Positions 15,918 through 30,138 of a DNA stretch of 64,000 bases are shown here, piece by piece. Each line of letters starts with the position of its first letter. The first letter of the stretch is position 1. The notes below the pieces were generated by a model. That model had not been told where the DNA came from, did not search any database, and saw only the letters and a program-made list of their open reading frames with translations. A program made the position numbers and the translations under genes. This stretch comes from Octopus vulgaris (taxonomy: Eukaryota), in contig OX597839.1 of assembly GCA_951406725.2 (NCBI GenBank), positions 5,270,001 to 5,334,000 of the forward strand, in the 5' to 3' direction.

Positions 15918-16106
15918 GCAGTTGCTGTTTCTGTCGCTGCTATAGCCATATACCCTTTTCAAATATACAGTGTCTTTAAAGAGTGGCAACTACGGGCCTG
16001 CATATTAGTGTCGATAATACGATAGAGGAATTAGGACCACGAGATTTCGTGTCGTTAATAAATATTTAGTGATACTACACAAACAAAGAACCCAAATATA
16101 TACCTA

Positions 16107-16570
16107 CTTGTAGTTGTACTTGTGGCGACAATCACCCTGGGTGGGTTGAGTCGGCTTCTTCTACCACCCTCGAGGCATCTCGAACCATGGCAGCCCATGC
16201 ACGATGGTCCTGCGCCAGTTCACTGGAGATAGCGAGCCAGTCACGGTTCCATCGGCGCAGGCCGACCACCTGCAGACCCGTGAGCACGGAGAGGTCCTCC
16301 TTGATCGTCCTTACCCAGGTCTTCAGCTGCCCGCCTGCGAGTTTCCGTCAGTCGGGAAGTGGAGTTGGGAGAAGGACATCACGGCACAGTTCACCCACCG
16401 GACGCCTACATGCATGGCCAAACCACCGCAAGTGCCGTTGCAGAAGGACAGATGGAAGGGACCGCAGAGACAGGAGAAGTCGGAGATTGGCGGTGGGAAC
16501 TCGATCCACCCGACGGCAGCGAAGAATGCACCGGAGGCAGTCATTGTCGAAGACATCCAGCCTTCTTCCA
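16107..16570 (-). pseudogene. 5'-truncated RTE-clade LINE 3' end (ORF C-terminus)
   Basis: Translation RRLDVFDNDCLRCIL...LLQRHLRWFGHACRR...*RKLAGGQLKTW...LAQDHRAW matches the RTE C-terminal LRWFGH, GGQ.KTW and AQDR..W motifs; one in-frame stop; short CAAGTA-like tandem tail. Confidence 0.85.
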
Positions 16571-17304
16571 ATAATATGAGGCAAGACTTCTATCAGATTT
16601 CTTTGGCATTTATCATATTTCAATTTACTTTAATCATATTTCAAGTCTTCTAATATTTTTTTTACGTCTAGAAACACTTGTATGACGCACAAACTATTTC
16701 GAATGTCGGAAACACCTTTGGTTGTCTGAATAGTCGGTACGTGAAACAGCCATTAAAGATTGAAAATAGTCTTCATTTGTTGGTAAATGTTACAAACTTC
16801 CACTTGCTGTATTCAGGAAATTATTGTCGTTTATATACATAGACGTGCAGCATCATATATACAATTATGCATACATATACTCACTACACATATGTATAAT
16901 TTGTGCACAGTATCCATACGTTTTATGTTTATTTAAACGTAAAAAAATTATATAGATTTGTTTATGCAAATCATTGTAGCAAGCTTGAATTCTCTTTCTC
17001 ACGTATTTATGTATATCTATGTGTGTCAGCATACGTATGTACATGTGTGTATGAATGTGTGTATAGTACATGTGTGTATGAATGTGTGTATAGTGAGAGA
17101 GGGGGTGAGGAAAAGGGAGAGAAACAGAGAATATAAATGAGTTTCGGTAATAAGCCGCATATCAACTGAGCTTTGAGTATTTAATATTCTTATCATTCTC
17201 CGGTAGCACAAAATTATTCTGACTATATAGAAATGTGCTCTCGTTTGTATATCTCACTCTCCGATACTAAATGAATGTGTGATTGTGCGTGTGTGCGTGT
17301 GTAC

Positions 17305-17480
17305 AGGCCCGGGTGTGCTTCTCTAGCAAGAAGCTTGCTTCCTAACCACATGGTTTCCCGTTCAGTCTCACTGCGTGGCACCTTCGCCAAATGTCTTCAT
17401 GCCTTCTACTATAGCCTCGGGCCGACTAAAATCTTGTCAGTGGAATTTGTAGATGGAAACTGAAAAAAGCCCGGCATCTA
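17305..17480 (+). mobile_element. SINE family C head/body
   Basis: AACCACATGGTT..GTTCAGTC.CACTGCGTGGCACCTT..CTTCTACTATAGCCTCGGGCCGAC. Further copies at 18135-18295(-), 21798-21955(-), 26095-26270(+), 31535-31620(-), 37150-37228(-) and 57220-57380(-). Confidence 0.75.
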
Positions 17481-17546
17481 TATTCATACATGCATGCATA
17501 CATACATATTTACATAAATACATACATACATATATATATATATATA

Positions 17547-17696
17547 TCCTTGTTTCTCTCCTTGTTTTTTTTTCTTTCTGTAGAAGAGCGTAGGCTCGAA
17601 ACGTAAAAGACTTTTTCTATTCCTGAGCGTTATACTAATACATCTGTTTGTTTTGAACACCACCTGTCTTTGTCTTTTGTTTTTTTCGTAAACTCT

Positions 17697-17700
<4 letters not shown>
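17547..17700 (+). mobile_element. Family H hammerhead element
   Basis: TCTTT-CTGTAGA(17578-84)-A-GAGC-GTAG-GCTC-GAAACG-TA-AAAGA; flanked by (TA)n on both sides. Confidence 0.72.
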
Positions 17701-17776
<76 letters not shown>

Positions 17777-17797
17777 ATGTATGCATGTATATATTTA

Positions 17798-18125
17798 TGG
17801 GAGACTCCGAAAGCGGTCTCAGAGAGTAGCGTCCCTGCCCTCCTGAACTAGTTTTCTACCACCTTTCTTAAAAATCGTGGTAGAGGCCTTCGTCTCGGGA
17901 CCACTCATGTATAGAAACTGATGTTGGGGTATGCTCCCCGTAGAAAATCCAGCTCCGAAAAAGCCTTATGATAGCAAAGGAGAATGTGCACCAGCCAGCC
18001 AGCCCAAAGGTTGGGGTAAGCTGCACCAGCCTACCTCTGTTGCTATAGCATTGAGGTAGATCTGGCCAACCCTGTTAACGGAGACACAATCTGGATTTGA
18101 AACACAGGATGATGTTGGTGGTGAT
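17798..18125 (+). mobile_element. Probable retroposon-derived fragment (RTE-like 5' region or SINE)
   Basis: GC-richer block with stem-loops (GAGAC..GTCTC, CTACCAC..GTGGTAG) ending in a short GAT/GGT tail; no second copy in window. Confidence 0.3.
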
Positions 18126-18581
18126 CATATGTCTATGAAAGGCTTCTTTCAGTTTCCCCCGTTACAAATTCACCCACAGGAGCTTTTTGGACCGAAACTA
18201 TAGTAAAAAATCTCTTGCTAGAGGTGTCACGGAGTAGAACTGAACCCGGAATCATGTGAGCTGGGTAGCAAACTTCATACAACACTGCCACACTGTCGAC
18301 TATGTATCAGCGACAGCAAATGGAAATGGAAAAATGCCATCGGGAAATTTTGAATTGTAAAAATGTGCAGTTATAGGCGAAAAGAATGGCGTGTACTTTC
18401 AGACATTATAACGCATTTGCTTCGATGGATATAGGAGCGTAGAAACCAGATATCAAACAAACAAGGATAGGAGAAACAAACACTTGCATATGAAACGTGT
18501 GTATATACATATATATGTTATATCAGGTGTGTTTGTATACTTCTATGTAAGTCCACATTCATATATACATACATATATATA

Positions 18582-18617
<36 letters not shown>

Positions 18618-18805
18618 TACATGCATATATATAAGCACATGTATATATTTATGTATACAAATATGTATATATAATATATATATATATATATGTATATATA
18701 TATGTATATATATGGGTATATATATGGGTATTTAAATATTTAGATAAATATATATATTCATTTATATATAACTAAATATATATATATGTGTATATACACA
18801 CACAC

Positions 18806-18863
<58 letters not shown>

Positions 18864-19670
18864 AGTATATATGTATTTACATACATATATACACTAACTC
18901 ACGCAGAGGCACACACAGACATACTCACACATAGACATACACACATTAGCAGACTTTTGAAAAAATACTGATGTATTGAAACACTTGTACAAATTTCAAG
19001 TTAAGAACAACAAAAATGAGCAACTACAACAACAACAACAACAACAACAATAATAATAATAATAATAATAATAATAATTAACATTAACAACAATAATAAT
19101 GAAAATAATAAAAATAACAATAATAATAATGATGATGATAATAATAAAAATAACAATAATAATAATAATGATAATAATAAAAATAACAATAATAATAATA
19201 ATGATAATAATAATAATAATGATAATAATAAAAATAACAATAATAATAATAATGATAATAATAATAATTATGATTGCTGTTATTATTTTATGTTATTTCT
19301 ATAGGTTTGTAGTTAACACAAAGACACACATACATGCACAGCAGTATGTACATATGTACATATGTGTATATATATATATGTATACAAGACAACTATGTCA
19401 GGAATTTGTAGAATATTATTTCTTATTAAATAATTCATATTTTAATCAAGCCATCAATGCAATATTTATATATATGTATTAATTTAAATGTTTTTGGTGG
19501 TCATGAGAGAGATACGATGATGCCGTCGACAACGGCCACGGCGACGACGACGCCGACACAGCCGACAAGGCACTGAATGAAGATGACGGTGTTGACAATG
19601 GCGGCAACTGTTGATGATGATGATGTGGTTGATGTTGATGATGATGAGGAGGAAATAGGCGAGTAAAATA

Positions 19671-20153
19671 AGGCGTCGAGCTGGCAGAATCGTTAGCACG
19701 CCGGGCGAAATGCGTATCTGTATTTCGTCTGCCGTTACGTTCTATGTTCAAATTCCGTCGAGGTCGACTTTGCCTTTCATCCTTTCGGGGTCGATAAATT
19801 AGGGACCAGTTACGCACTGGGGTCGATGTAATCGACTTAATCCGTTTGACTGTCCTTGTTTGTCCGCACTGTGTTTAGCCCCTTGTGGGTAGTAAAGAAA
19901 TAGGTATTTCGTCTGCCGTTACGTTCTGAGTTCAAATTCCGCCGAGGTCGACTTTGCCTTTCATCCTTTCGGGGTCGATAAATTAGGGACCAGTTACGCA
20001 CTGGGGTCGACGTAATCGACTTAATACCTATGTCTGTCCTTGTTTGTCCTCTCTGTGTTTAGCCCCTTGTGGGTAGTAAAGAAATATGTATTTCACCTGC
20101 CGTTACGTTCTGAGTTCAAATTCCGCCGAGGTCGACTTTGCCTTTCATCTTTT
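19671..20153 (+). mobile_element. SINE family B multimer (head plus ~2.4 units of 184 bp)
   Basis: Units start at 19720, 19904 and 20088; same junction as the 2717 array; third unit truncated. Confidence 0.88.
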
Positions 20154-20276
20154 CATTCATTAATTTCATTCATCAAATTTGTTTACCTTTCCTGATTTCC
20201 TTCATCACAATTTTCATTCATTTTCACTTTGGTCATCTTCATCATCTCCATTATTATAACTACTACTACAACAATA

Positions 20277-20330
<54 letters not shown>

Positions 20331-20340
20331 GCTGCTACTA

Positions 20341-20400
<60 letters not shown>

Positions 20401-20632
20401 GCAAAACAATCCACTTCCACCTCCTCCATCTTCTCTCCTTCTGCAGCTACTCATCCTCCCCTTCCTCCTCCATTTTCCCCACTCCTTATTCCGCACCATT
20501 TTCTTCCCCATTGTCAATTTCTATAAACTTGTAAAATATATATTGCTCATTAACTAATTCTACTCTGGTCTGTTTTCATCACCGTTATGATGATCATCAT
20601 TTTATATTTTGATTAAGTTTTATATATATTGT

Positions 20633-20761
<129 letters not shown>

Positions 20762-20868
20762 TTTATATATATATATACATATATTTATATATATATACAT
20801 ACATATACATGCATACATACACACACATGTATGCAGTCACATATCCATATATTCCCATATTTCTATAA

Positions 20869-20919
<51 letters not shown>

Positions 20920-21131
20920 CATATATTTTATCATAAATATAAATACATACAAATGTATATATGTGTGTTCGTGTGTGATACGTCTGTGTGTGTATGTATA
21001 CATGCTAAGCAAGTCAGAGTGACCCAGACAGAATATGAAATTATGAAATTTTGACTGCAATATGAAGGAAGTGTGTATATAAGGATAGCGTTGATTCAAA
21101 AATATAAGCATTTTTTTAGGACTACATAATG

Positions 21132-21270
21132 TGGCGAGCTGGCTGAATCATTAGCACGCTGGACGAAATGCTTAAGGATAATTCCCTTGTTGCTACGTTT
21201 TGAGTTCAAATTCCGCCGCCGAGGTCAACTTTACCTGCCATCCTTTCGGGGGCGATAAATTAAGTACCAT
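21132..21270 (+). mobile_element. SINE family B 5' half
   Basis: GGCGAGCTGGCTGAATC..GAGTTCAAATTCCGCC..CATCCTTTCGGGGGCGATAAATTAAGTACC. Confidence 0.75.
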
Positions 21271-21341
21271 TTGAAAGAACCTACGCTCTTCCACAGAAAG
21301 GAACGCAGAAGGAAACGAGAGAAACAAGGAGAGAAAAACTG

Positions 21342-21753
21342 GGAACTTTTCGGTTTGAACGGCAGTTTTTTCTAGCGGTGTCATATGAAATTGTCACCCA
21401 TAATTATTACCCTAGAATCGATCTATTGCATTTCAATCTCTTTTAGGGTTAGGGTTAGGGTTAGGTCTGGGGGAAGGGTATCTTTTTTTCTTCACAAATA
21501 TAAATAAACCCAATGTGTTTCTTAAACGAGGGACATATTCATACGGCACAGAATGATTTTTAACTCAATAGACGTCATTGGTTGGTTGAAATTGCATAAA
21601 TTGAAGAAAAATAACAACAAATATCTTACAAACATTAGAATTTTCACAATAAAGCCAAGAGAAAAAGATGTTTTATAAACACATTCTACCAATATACGAA
21701 GTTTAAAATTGCCTAGAAATTATGTTAAAAACTGCCGTTCAAACTGAAAAGAT
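21342..21753 (+). mobile_element. MITE family M inserted in a family H element
   Basis: Degenerate TIR GG(A)ACTTTTCGGTTTGAACGGCAGTTTT; internal (TTAGGG)3+; family H sequence on both sides (21275-21340 and 21755-21790). Confidence 0.8.
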
Positions 21754-22189
21754 AAAAAAAATGTGTGTAGTGACTACCGATCTATCATATATATATATAC
21801 GACAGGGTTCTTTGAGTTTCCGTCTACCAAATCCACTCACATGCTTTTCGTCGGCCGGTTTTGGTCGGCCAGACACCTAATCAAGAATCCACGCGGTAGG
21901 ACTCAACCCGGAACCATGTGGTTGGGAAGCAAGCTTCTTACCATACAGATATGCCTGCCTTTTTCTCAATAAAATCCCTTTACTCTGTGTAAGGGTGCTT
22001 TTTGTCTTTGCTTCTCTTTTGCACATTGTTCAAACAGCGCTCGTTCAGCCATAGATGGTTGTTGAATCTCCTGCCATGTAATTGGATTCCCACTCTAATC
22101 TTGTTTTCAAATGTTGCAAAAAAAAAAAAATAATAATAATAAATAAATAAACGTTAGCTCAAAGGAAAAAGTATTACTATCGGAAAACA

Positions 22190-23400
22190 CGAAGATTATT
22201 CGTCTACTACTTGAGAAATGAACAGATTTTATAATCCACCCTTTTGTCTGTATTTGCAGACTTGTGTACCATTTTCTCAGATGATATTTAATGTATTTCC
22301 TTATTATTTGTGATACTTTACTCGTGAATTGTGGTTCCAGTGTCCCCGAATAGACCACGCATTTAAAAGCCTTCTGGCAATGAATCTATGCATGCTCAGA
22401 ACAAGTTTTTTCCCATTTATACTTTTTGGTTATGCCATTGATGATCAGTAATGATTTTTTACAACCATATGAACCTTTGTAATACTCACTTCAGCTGTTC
22501 TGGAAATAAATCAATATTTCAGAGAAATAAATCTATATTCTGGTTATGATAAAGGATTTTATTATAAAACATGGATGGTATTTCTCTTTTCACTTCCACC
22601 GACAGAAAACAAAAACTTCCCAACTTAAAAACTATGAAGAAAAGAAACAGAAGTTATTCTCTTCCCTGAAGTACATAGACTCTCCCTTCATCTGTCAGTC
22701 TCTGTCTTTCTTTTTATCTCTTTCTCTCTCTTGGTGGCATTATAGCAAGTCCAGTAAGCAACAAACGGGTAAATCTGTATTTCACTGTCGTCTGCAATAT
22801 ACCTGCATATAATACTCGGAAATTTCATAAAGGCAAATGTATTTTCCCTTTTCGTTTTATATTGGAAATGAAGGTTGTTTTCCTTTCAGGCAAACGGGTA
22901 TAGTTGCTTTCACTTTCTTATCAAAAATTTGAGTCTACGAATCCGTTAAGTTTTACAACAGGAGTGTGAGAGCTTATCGGTTCCAATTTCTTCCAGTTAT
23001 TTCTGATTTTGTAGTTAGTAGCTAGACTACATCTGTATTGATATAAAATTACATGACCATTCACATACAGAGATTCTTCTTCTGAACTGTAACATCTCAT
23101 GTAATTATTTCTCCATCCATACCAATTCTCGGCCACCCACCAACGAATTCTTCAACATTTCCTTTTGAACCTCCCTATTTTTGCTATTTTACTTTAAAAT
23201 CGTCGGCATCACAATCAGTTTATTTTGCTTGTAGAATTGTTGGCGATTTTAATATCAAAATAAATTCTATACAGTTAAGTGGCAAAAAATACTAGTGGTA
23301 ATTCTGCCAACTCTATATATTCAAAGTTCGAATCATGCAGACTGCGGGTTTGTAACAGTTTTACTGGGCCCTCCATTCCGATTTCCTTTATATTCCTCCT
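22190..23400 (-). pseudogene. Heavily decayed R4/Dong-like reverse transcriptase region
   Basis: Minus-strand remnants in the expected order: QQFYKQNKL, NNWK, KGSYGCKKSLLIN, IHCQKAF (WIDYKKAFD-like) and W.TSL...SRRII (RGIFQGD-like); many stops and frameshifts. Confidence 0.5.
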
Positions 23401-23419
23401 GATACCTTATGATAATAAT

Positions 23420-23790
23420 AAATGCCCTGATGCAGTACCAGGCAGTGGCTCTCGTAGCTTCTGATCTTAACTGATTGGAAGTGTTATCATGTACATTGTT
23501 TAGTCTCGGTATAAAAGATGGGCTTCAGCAAATATTCTGCTCAATACCACAGATTTGCTTGTCAGTTGTTTGACCCTAACCAGTTGAGCGTGTCTCTTAG
23601 GGGCTGACCATATGTGCATTTCTGATCCCGAGCAGAAGTAGTGGGGGGGAGCATCATAGCCATGTGTTGAGAGGGATTCTTTGGGGTTTGAATAATTCAC
23701 CTCTGGAAACATGGGTGTTTTGTTCATCATCCTTAAACAACCTTTATTCAGGGATCTTTTGAGCAGTATGGTTTACTAAGGACCCAACAA
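23420..23790 (+). mobile_element. Family T repeat, one end beginning after TAATAATAA
   Basis: Starts AAATGCCCTGATGCAGTACC after a TAA repeat; reverse-complement similarity to 14120-14392. Confidence 0.65.
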
Positions 23791-23834
23791 TAATTGGCAA
23801 TATCTTCATTTTCTTCATTTTCCTTAGCCTGACT

Positions 23835-24005
23835 ATTTCGTACTTCCGTCTGTACATTCTGAGTTCAAATTCCAGCGAGGTCGACTTTGCCTTTCATCTT
23901 TCGGGGGTCGATAAAACAAGTACCAATTAGATACTGGGGTCGATGTAATCGACAACTCCCCTCCCTTCAATATTGCTGGCATTGTTCTACAAGTCGAAAC
24001 CATTA
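23835..24005 (+). mobile_element. SINE family B, variant tail (..ATTGCTGGC..GAAACCATT)
   Basis: Shared core GAGGTCGACTTTGCCTTTCATC..GGGGTCGATAAA; similar copies at 29920-30138 and 48222-48375. Confidence 0.75.
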
Positions 24006-24035
24006 TAATGATTATTATTATCATCATTATTGCGA

Positions 24036-24123
<88 letters not shown>

Positions 24124-24680
24124 CATTATTATTATTATTATTATCATTATTATTATAGTCATGGTCTTTGTTGTTGTTGATGCAGCTATTGTTATTGTTG
24201 TTGTTGTTGATGAGGAAGCTGTCATAGTTGTTGACTATCATACTGATTACACGTCATTTTGTATCATTATCATCACATATTTACCTCCAATTCTTTTCAT
24301 CCCCCCCACCGCTCCTCCCTTCCCCTCAACAGTGCTGCGAAGTCTCATCGCAAGTTCGCCGACGTGGACGGCCTCGTCGTCTACAACATAGCTATAGTCA
24401 TCATCATTCTTTAATCTGACTTTAAACTAAAGATGCGAATATTATGTACACATGAATATATGGGCGCATGCCTACATGTATGTATGTATGTATATATACA
24501 TACTCAAACAAATATACGCATGCATATATATATATATATATAAATCGACTGATGTGCAAAAATTCATATAAATATATATACATAAGATATAAATACCCCC
24601 CATACATATATATATATATATTTATATATACATATATATAGTTGTATATATATAGATGTATATATAGTTGTGTGTGCATG

Positions 24681-24725
<45 letters not shown>

Positions 24726-24902
24726 CTACATACACATATATATACATAATTGTATGTATATATATATATATTTATATATATATATGTATATATATACATA
24801 TATACATATACATATATATGTATATATATATATATATATATGTATATACGTATATATATGTATATATATGTATATATATATACATATATGTATATACGTA
24901 TA

Positions 24903-24958
<56 letters not shown>

Positions 24959-25277
24959 CACATATATATGCATACATATGTTTGTAGCTATATATATATA
25001 TATCCACGTGAAATTTATGTTTAATCTCATACGGAATGTGAGATTAATTTTGACGCTGTATAGTAGATAGATGGGTGAGATTGAAACATAAGTTATCAAA
25101 GAAAATCTACTACAACTACTGCCACTACTATTACTACTACTACTACTGAGATGACAGTACATTCAGCACTAAATTTTACCAGCAATACTACAAAAAAAAC
25201 AACCTAAAAGACTATGACAATATACAAATATACACGTATTTTCCTGTATTTCTTTCTAATATTTTTGCCACCTTTCT

Positions 25278-25590
<313 letters not shown>

Positions 25591-25726
25591 TATATATAGC
25601 TGTATATGTGTTTATCTAGGTGTGTGTGTTTGTGTATGTGTACGGATATGTGTATATCTATCTATCTATCTATCTTTCTCTCTCTCTCTCTCTCTCTCAC
25701 TATATATATATATACATACATGCATA

Positions 25727-25772
<46 letters not shown>

Positions 25773-26285
25773 CATATATATATATATATATATACATACA
25801 TATACATATATATACATACATACATATACATATATATATAAATATATATATATATATACATACATACATACATGCACACACACTCTCACATATACATACA
25901 CATATGTATTTCAATTATTCGTAATATGGTTGTCAAATGTCATTACGCGAGTGATTTGTCTGAAAATAATTATAATCTAGATAAAAACAAAGCCGTTTTC
26001 AGATTATATGCTTAGTTACGTTACATGTCGAACTGTCGTCGTTATTGTTATGATGCAAGTTTCTATTCTTGTTTTCTTCTTAAAATTTGTCTAGAGGTGC
26101 AGGTGTAGTCTTGCGGTTGAGAATCTCGTCTCACAACCTTGTAGTTCCGGGTTCAATCCCACCCTATGGCAACTGGGGAAAATGTCCTGTACGGTAACAA
26201 AAAGCCTACCAATCGAGTATCAGGTACACGAAATCTATGTTGATGCTCGTCGTTTGTATTTATCTATAAGTCTATTAATCTAATT

Positions 26286-26480
26286 AGGGAGAGTTTACGA
26301 AAAAAAAAAACAGAAGACGAAGGCAGGTGGTGTGCAAAACAAACAGATGTATTAGTATAACGCTCAGGAATAGAAAAAGTCTTTTACGTTTCGAGCCTAC
26401 GCTCCTCATCAGAAAGGGACACAGAAAAAACAAGGAGAGAAACAAGGAGAGAAAAAAAAAGAGAGAAAAAAGGAGAGGTG
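26286..26480 (-). mobile_element. Family H element with canonical hammerhead core
   Basis: Homologous to 7209 and 17547 over ~180 bp. Confidence 0.75.
26379..26420 (-). ncRNA. Minimal type I hammerhead ribozyme motif
   Basis: CTTT-CTGATGA-G-GAGC-GTAG-GCTC-GAAAC-GTA-AAAG: intact core, 4-bp stem II, loopless palindromic ACGT stem III, GUA cleavage triplet. Confidence 0.7.
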
Positions 26481-26869
26481 TATAATGAGTATATACAGGT
26501 AAATTATCCAAGGGTGTAACGTGAGAGCTCTCAGTTGTAATGCAACCTTTAACCACTTCAAGTATTAAGAAGCACTAAAGATTGCTAAGGGTGAGTATCC
26601 CACCCCAATTGTTCTGGTGGATAAATTTGGGTTCACTCATTGAGTTACGGAAATTATCTAGAGTGGAAAGTTCCTGAATTTAGGTGTAGAGCATAATATC
26701 GCGGGTGGCATATGCAACTGCACATTCTGTATGCAGCAGAAACACGTGTCGGTCATTTTAAGCAATTATGCTGTGTATTTAACTGTTGACATTAAAAGAA
26801 AAAATTTGAAGATATACTAGTCTCCGTATACTTTGGAACTGGTTTGTTTATATATATATATACATATAC

Positions 26870-26945
<76 letters not shown>

Positions 26946-27039
26946 ATTAGTGAATGGAAGAAATGGAGTTGAACGAAGATTGTACAGAATTCCTTTTATT
27001 ACATTCTACACATGTTTCAAAGGCCACAATTTTCCATTT

Positions 27040-27102
<63 letters not shown>

Positions 27103-27105
27103 TGC

Positions 27106-27160
<55 letters not shown>

Positions 27161-27756
27161 TATATACATACATATACGTATATAACCATATATATATGTA
27201 TATGACCATAAGAGGTTCGAAACCCTATGATCTGATGGTCTCGGGACTAAAGCAGTAGAGAGTTCTCTGTCTGCATGCAATATATATCGAGTGCAGAGTG
27301 TACAACTATGTCATGCTAGTGCCCATTCTCCGAAAGTTAGAGGGAGCAGGAAATGACGTTGCTTGATAGGAAATTTTCAATATTGGATATATCTCGATTT
27401 TGAATTTTGGATTTGACTCATGGGTTGCATTCCCGGGTTTGAGTTACAGTATAGAGTCTTGTATGTAGTTCTTTGCTTTGAGTCAAGGTTTTGATTGGGA
27501 TTTTGTTTTCAAGATTCTTTATGTGTGTTGAAGCATATTCTGTTGTGTCTGGGGAGAGTCATTTTCCTTTTGTGCCTTATAATTCACCGGTCAAATTTCC
27601 ACTTCTTTTTATTTTCCTAAAAGTTTCGTTGCGTCTTGAAATCTTTTCAATAGTCTTGAGTGTCGAGAAAGCTACAGAGGTAGAAAAATAGATAGATACA
27701 TGCATACGTACATAAATACATCCATCCATCCATACATACATAGAAATAGATAGATA

Positions 27757-27811
<55 letters not shown>

Positions 27812-28189
27812 AGAGGGACGGACGGAAGGACTGATGGATGTATGGATAGTTATATAGGTATTCATGGCAGCCATTTTCGATTTCTGCTTCACAAAATTGG
27901 ACATATTAAGATTTTACGAACATATAAAGAGGTTTTACACTGTCTTTTTAGCACCTCTGTGCATAAAAACATGTATATTCATATACGTGTGTACGCATTT
28001 ATGTATATAACATGGCTGTATTTGCTTATGCATGCATGTATGTATGTATGTATGTATGTATGTATGTATGTATGTATGTATGTATGTATGTATCTCTCTA
28101 CTCATCTAACTATCTATCTATCTACCTTTTTTTATTTATCTATTTATTTATTCCTGTTTCTGTCTATCTATCTATCTATCTGTCTATCA

Positions 28190-28238
<49 letters not shown>

Positions 28239-28400
28239 CCTTTCTATCTATCTATCTATCTATTTATCTGTCTGTCTGTCTATCCAATCTATCTTTTTAT
28301 TTATCTATTTGACTATTCCTTGTCTATCTGTCCCCTCTCTTTATCTATAAATCTTTTTGCTTATTTATTTATTTCTGTTTCTATCCCCCCTCTCTCTTTC

Positions 28401-28545
<145 letters not shown>

Positions 28546-28855
28546 GTTTAACAATCTACCAACCCATCGACTCTCACTCACTCCTTCTCCCTATCTATGC
28601 GTCATTCAGTCTATCCATCCGGCCATATATACACATAAACCAATCCCATCCAAGCAAGTCATTCGACACGGTAGATGACCGTGAATAATCCAATTACGAA
28701 CGTTAAGAGCATTGTTAAAATAAATATAGAAATAAGTAAATTAAGTAATCAGCTAATTAATTAATTACACTAAACAGCGTTAAGTTAACTGCTTTAACGT
28801 ATCATTGATGTTCCTATTTTATCATGCAATAATAAGGGCATGATGATGTTGATGA

Positions 28856-28885
28856 TGATGTTGATGAGGTGGAGAAAGAGAGGAT

Positions 28886-28920
<35 letters not shown>

Positions 28921-28945
28921 TTGATGAGGTGGAGAAGGAGAGGAT

Positions 28946-28980
<35 letters not shown>

Positions 28981-29100
28981 TTGATGAGGTGGAGAAGGAG
29001 AGGATTGATGATGATGATGATGATGATGATGAGAAGGAAGGATAATGATGATGATGATGATGATGTTGATGGAGAAGGAGAGGATTGATGATGATGATGA
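28856..29100. repeat. 60-bp minisatellite built on (GAT)n
   Basis: TTGATGAGGTGGAGAA..AGAGGATTGATG at 28861, 28921 and 28981, plus a degenerate fourth unit. Confidence 0.9.
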
Positions 29101-29405
29101 TGATGATGATGACGACGACGACGACAGCGATGCTGCTGCTGCTGCTGCTGTTGATGATGATGATGATGATGATGGCGACTACGACGACCACGACGACGAT
29201 GCTAGTGATGATAAGGCCGCTGCTGCTGCTGATGATTATGATGGCGACGACGATGACAGCGATGCTGCTGCTGCTGCGGATGCTGATGATGATGATGATG
29301 ACGACGACGACGAGAGCGATGCTGCTGCTGCTGCTGATGACTGGGGTCGATGTAATCGACTCGTCCGTTGCCCCAAATTTTAGTAAAAAGGAATATTATT
29401 GTTAT

Positions 29406-29464
<59 letters not shown>

Positions 29465-29478
29465 TTATTATTATTATT

Positions 29479-29859
29479 GGAGGCGCAATGGCCCAGTGTT
29501 TAGGGCAGCGGACTCGCGGTCATAGGATCGCGGTTTCGATTCCCAGACCGGGCATTGTGAGTGTTTATTGAGCGAAAACACCTAAAAGCTCCACGAGGCA
29601 GGGGATGGTGGTGATCCCTGCTGTACTCTTTCACCACAACTTTCTCTCACTCTTACTTCCTGTTTCTGTTGTACCTGTATTTCAAGGGGCCGGCCTTGTC
29701 ACTCTCTGTGTCACGCTGAATATCCCCGAGAACTACGTTAAGAGTACACCTGTCTGTGGAGTGCTCAGCCACTTACACGATAATTTCACGAGCAGGCTGT
29801 TCCGTTGATTCGGATCAACCGGAACCCTCATCGTCGTAACCGTCGGAGTGCTTCCATTC

Positions 29860-29862
<3 letters not shown>
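29479..29862 (+). mobile_element. Full-length tRNA-derived SINE family A
   Basis: A-box TGGCCCAGTG.TTAG, B-box GGTTTCGATTCCC; near-identical copies at 33362 and 61174; inserted in (ATT)n. Confidence 0.9.
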
Positions 29863-29907
<45 letters not shown>

Positions 29908-29919
29908 GAGTGGGCAAAA

Positions 29920-30138
29920 GGCGGTGAGCTGGCCGAACCGTTAGCGAGTCTGGCAAAAGTCTTAGCGGCATTTTGTCCGTTCCTACATTCTGAGTTCAAA
30001 TTCCGCCAAGGTCGAATTTGACTTTCATCTTTCAGGAGTCGAAACATGAAATGCCAGTTGAGTACACGGGTCGGTGTAATCGACTTAGCCCCTCGCCCCA
30101 AACTTTCTGGCCTTGTGCTAAATTTTGAAACCATTATT
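29920..30138 (+). mobile_element. SINE family B variant, full head
   Basis: GGCGGTGAGCTGGCCGAA..GAGTTCAAATTCCGCC..CTGGCCTTGTGCTAAATTTTGAAACC. Confidence 0.75.

Noticed and set aside
16187-16653. Plus-strand ORFs of 130-149 aa
   Set aside because: Antisense shadows of the GC-rich RTE LINE fragment
21444-21466. TTAGGG repeats as a telomere or fusion scar
   Set aside because: Internal part of MITE family M, present in multiple copies
26735-26760. GAAACACGTGTC hammerhead 3' half
   Set aside because: No CUGANGA or matching stem I found upstream
27290-27690. Possible decayed Penelope coding fragment
   Set aside because: Only vague compositional resemblance; no motif I can defend
29479-29550. 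tRNA gene
   Set aside because: A/B boxes are present, but there is no complete cloverleaf and it continues into a SINE body found in several copies
29605-29808. Recurrent 66-83-aa ORF (..IPAVLFHHNFLSLLLPVSVVP..), also at 33416 and 61221
   Set aside because: Repeats only because it lies in SINE family A; no coding evidence
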